This document shows positions 62,998-64,000 of a DNA stretch of 64,000 bases, in pieces. This stretch comes from an uncultured Chloroflexia bacterium (GTDB taxonomy: Bacteria > Chloroflexota > Limnocylindria > Limnocylindrales > CSP1-4). The notes under the pieces are model-generated. The model saw only the letters and a program-made list of their open reading frames with translations, did no database searches and was not told where the DNA came from. The first letter of the stretch is position 1, and every line of letters begins with the position of its first letter. Position numbers and translations under genes: made by a program. The stretch is from assembly GCA_963749705.1 (NCBI GenBank), contig CAVVNQ010000011.1:1-64000 (forward strand), given 5' to 3'.

Positions 62998-64000
62998 CTA
63001 CCGCAGGAACGGATCCCCGGCGCTGGACTGGACGGTCACCGTCAGGCCGCCATTGGCGTGGATCCGGCTATACACGCATGGGGCGTGGTCCGCGTACCCA
63101 CCCACGTCCTGGCAGTCGGGCAACAGCCCCGTGTACCAGGTTCCGCCCATGACATCCGAGACCCTCGAGTCCGGCTGCGCGGTGTCGAAGCCGGTCGTCA
63201 GGCTGGCCGGCGTCCACGCGACCGGGAACTGGTACGGCGCGCTGAAGCAGACCATGTAGTGCACGCCGAGGATCCCTGCGTTGCTCAGCAGCGCGTCCGG
63301 GATGAACAGCCCGGTCTCCTTGCTGCCCGAGGACGCCGCGTTGTACGTCGTCCAGGTCACCGAATTGGTGCCGGAGATCGCGCCAACACCACCGTATTTC
63401 GCAGCCAGGCAATCGAACGCGACGATGTTGAACGATGCGCCGATGGCGCCGGTGGTCGAGTCGGACGTCTGGTTCAGGGTCTGGCCGTTGGTCGATGCCA
63501 GCTGCAGGTCGCACGCGTCCGTGTCGCAGGTCGCCGCGGTGCCCCAGATCCGGAACTGGCCGGATGTCGCCGGGGTGATCGCGGGGTTCGATGGCGCCGT
63601 CGCCGTCAGGGTGAAGGCGCCGCCGACGTTGACGCTCGGCTGGAACGTCGCGGCCCCGGTGGCGGGATCCGTGCCCGTGGGTCCGCCGTTCGCAAGCGCC
63701 GGCGACCCGCCGGCTGCGTCCAGGTGGACCGTGTTGAGCGCCAGCTTCACGCCGGTTGCGAACGCTGCGGGTTGGTTGTTCGAGTCGAGGACCTGCACCG
63801 TGACGGCCTGGACGCCGGCGCCGCTGGGTGTCAGTGGCGTGTTCGTGATCGTCTGGCTCGCGCCGGCATCAGCCGGCTGGACGGAGAACGCGAGGTGGCA
63901 CGGGTCGGCGGCCGACACGGGCTGCGAGCCCGCCAGCGTCAGGTAGTTCGCACCGTTTCCGCTGCTCCACTGGTTGGCCTGCTGGGCGGTGAATGTCCAC
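62998..64000 (-). CDS. 3' part of a secreted beta-rich (Ig-like) hypothetical protein, probably truncated by the window edge
   Basis: LAFSVQP...VTVQVLD Ig-like segment, Thr/Ala/Asn-rich with Cys pairs; start not established. Confidence 0.6.
   Translation of the reverse strand, partial: WTFTAQQANQWSSGNGANYLTLAGSQPVSAADPCHLAFSVQPADAGASQTITNTPLTPSGAGVQAVTVQVLDSNNQPAAFATGVKLALNTVHLDAAGGSPALANGGPTGTDPATGAATFQPSVNVGGAFTLTATAPSNPAITPATSGQFRIWGTAATCDTDACDLQLASTNGQTLNQTSDSTTGAIGASFNIVAFDCLAAKYGGVGAISGTNSVTWTTYNAASSGSKETGLFIPDALLSNAGILGVHYMVCFSAPYQFPVAWTPASLTTGFDTAQPDSRVSDVMGGTWYTGLLPDCQDVGGYADHAPCVYSRIHANGGLTVTVQSSAGDPFLR

Overview
High-GC bacterial chromosomal window of mostly accessory genes: about 60 CDS, with no rRNA, tRNA, CRISPR array, integrase or transposase recognised. 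Gene style (ECF sigma plus membrane anti-sigma pairs, Pro/Thr-stalked secreted proteins, F420-type oxidoreductases, leaderless starts) suggests a soil Chloroflexota or Actinomycetota-like organism; this is inference. Main observations: (1) a duplicated module in which an AfsR-type SARP-STAND activator and two near-identical AfsR-box promoters head operons for secreted S1 proteases and lipoprotein esterases, one esterase having lost its catalytic Ser and His; (2) three class III nucleotidyl cyclase proteins with unusual architectures (TPR-cyclase, DHFR-like/cyclase fusion, and a tandem zinc-ribbon/cyclase STAND protein resembling soluble adenylyl cyclase), plus a cNMP-binding protein; (3) several duplicated gene-end scars and REP-like repeats bracketing single genes or small blocks without a recombinase; (4) a TetM/OtrA-like gene with a candidate attenuator leader carrying a copy of the 16S anti-Shine-Dalgarno sequence. 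Three single-base frameshifts may be sequencing errors. All calls come from reading motifs by eye, and several start codons were re-assigned from the ORF track.
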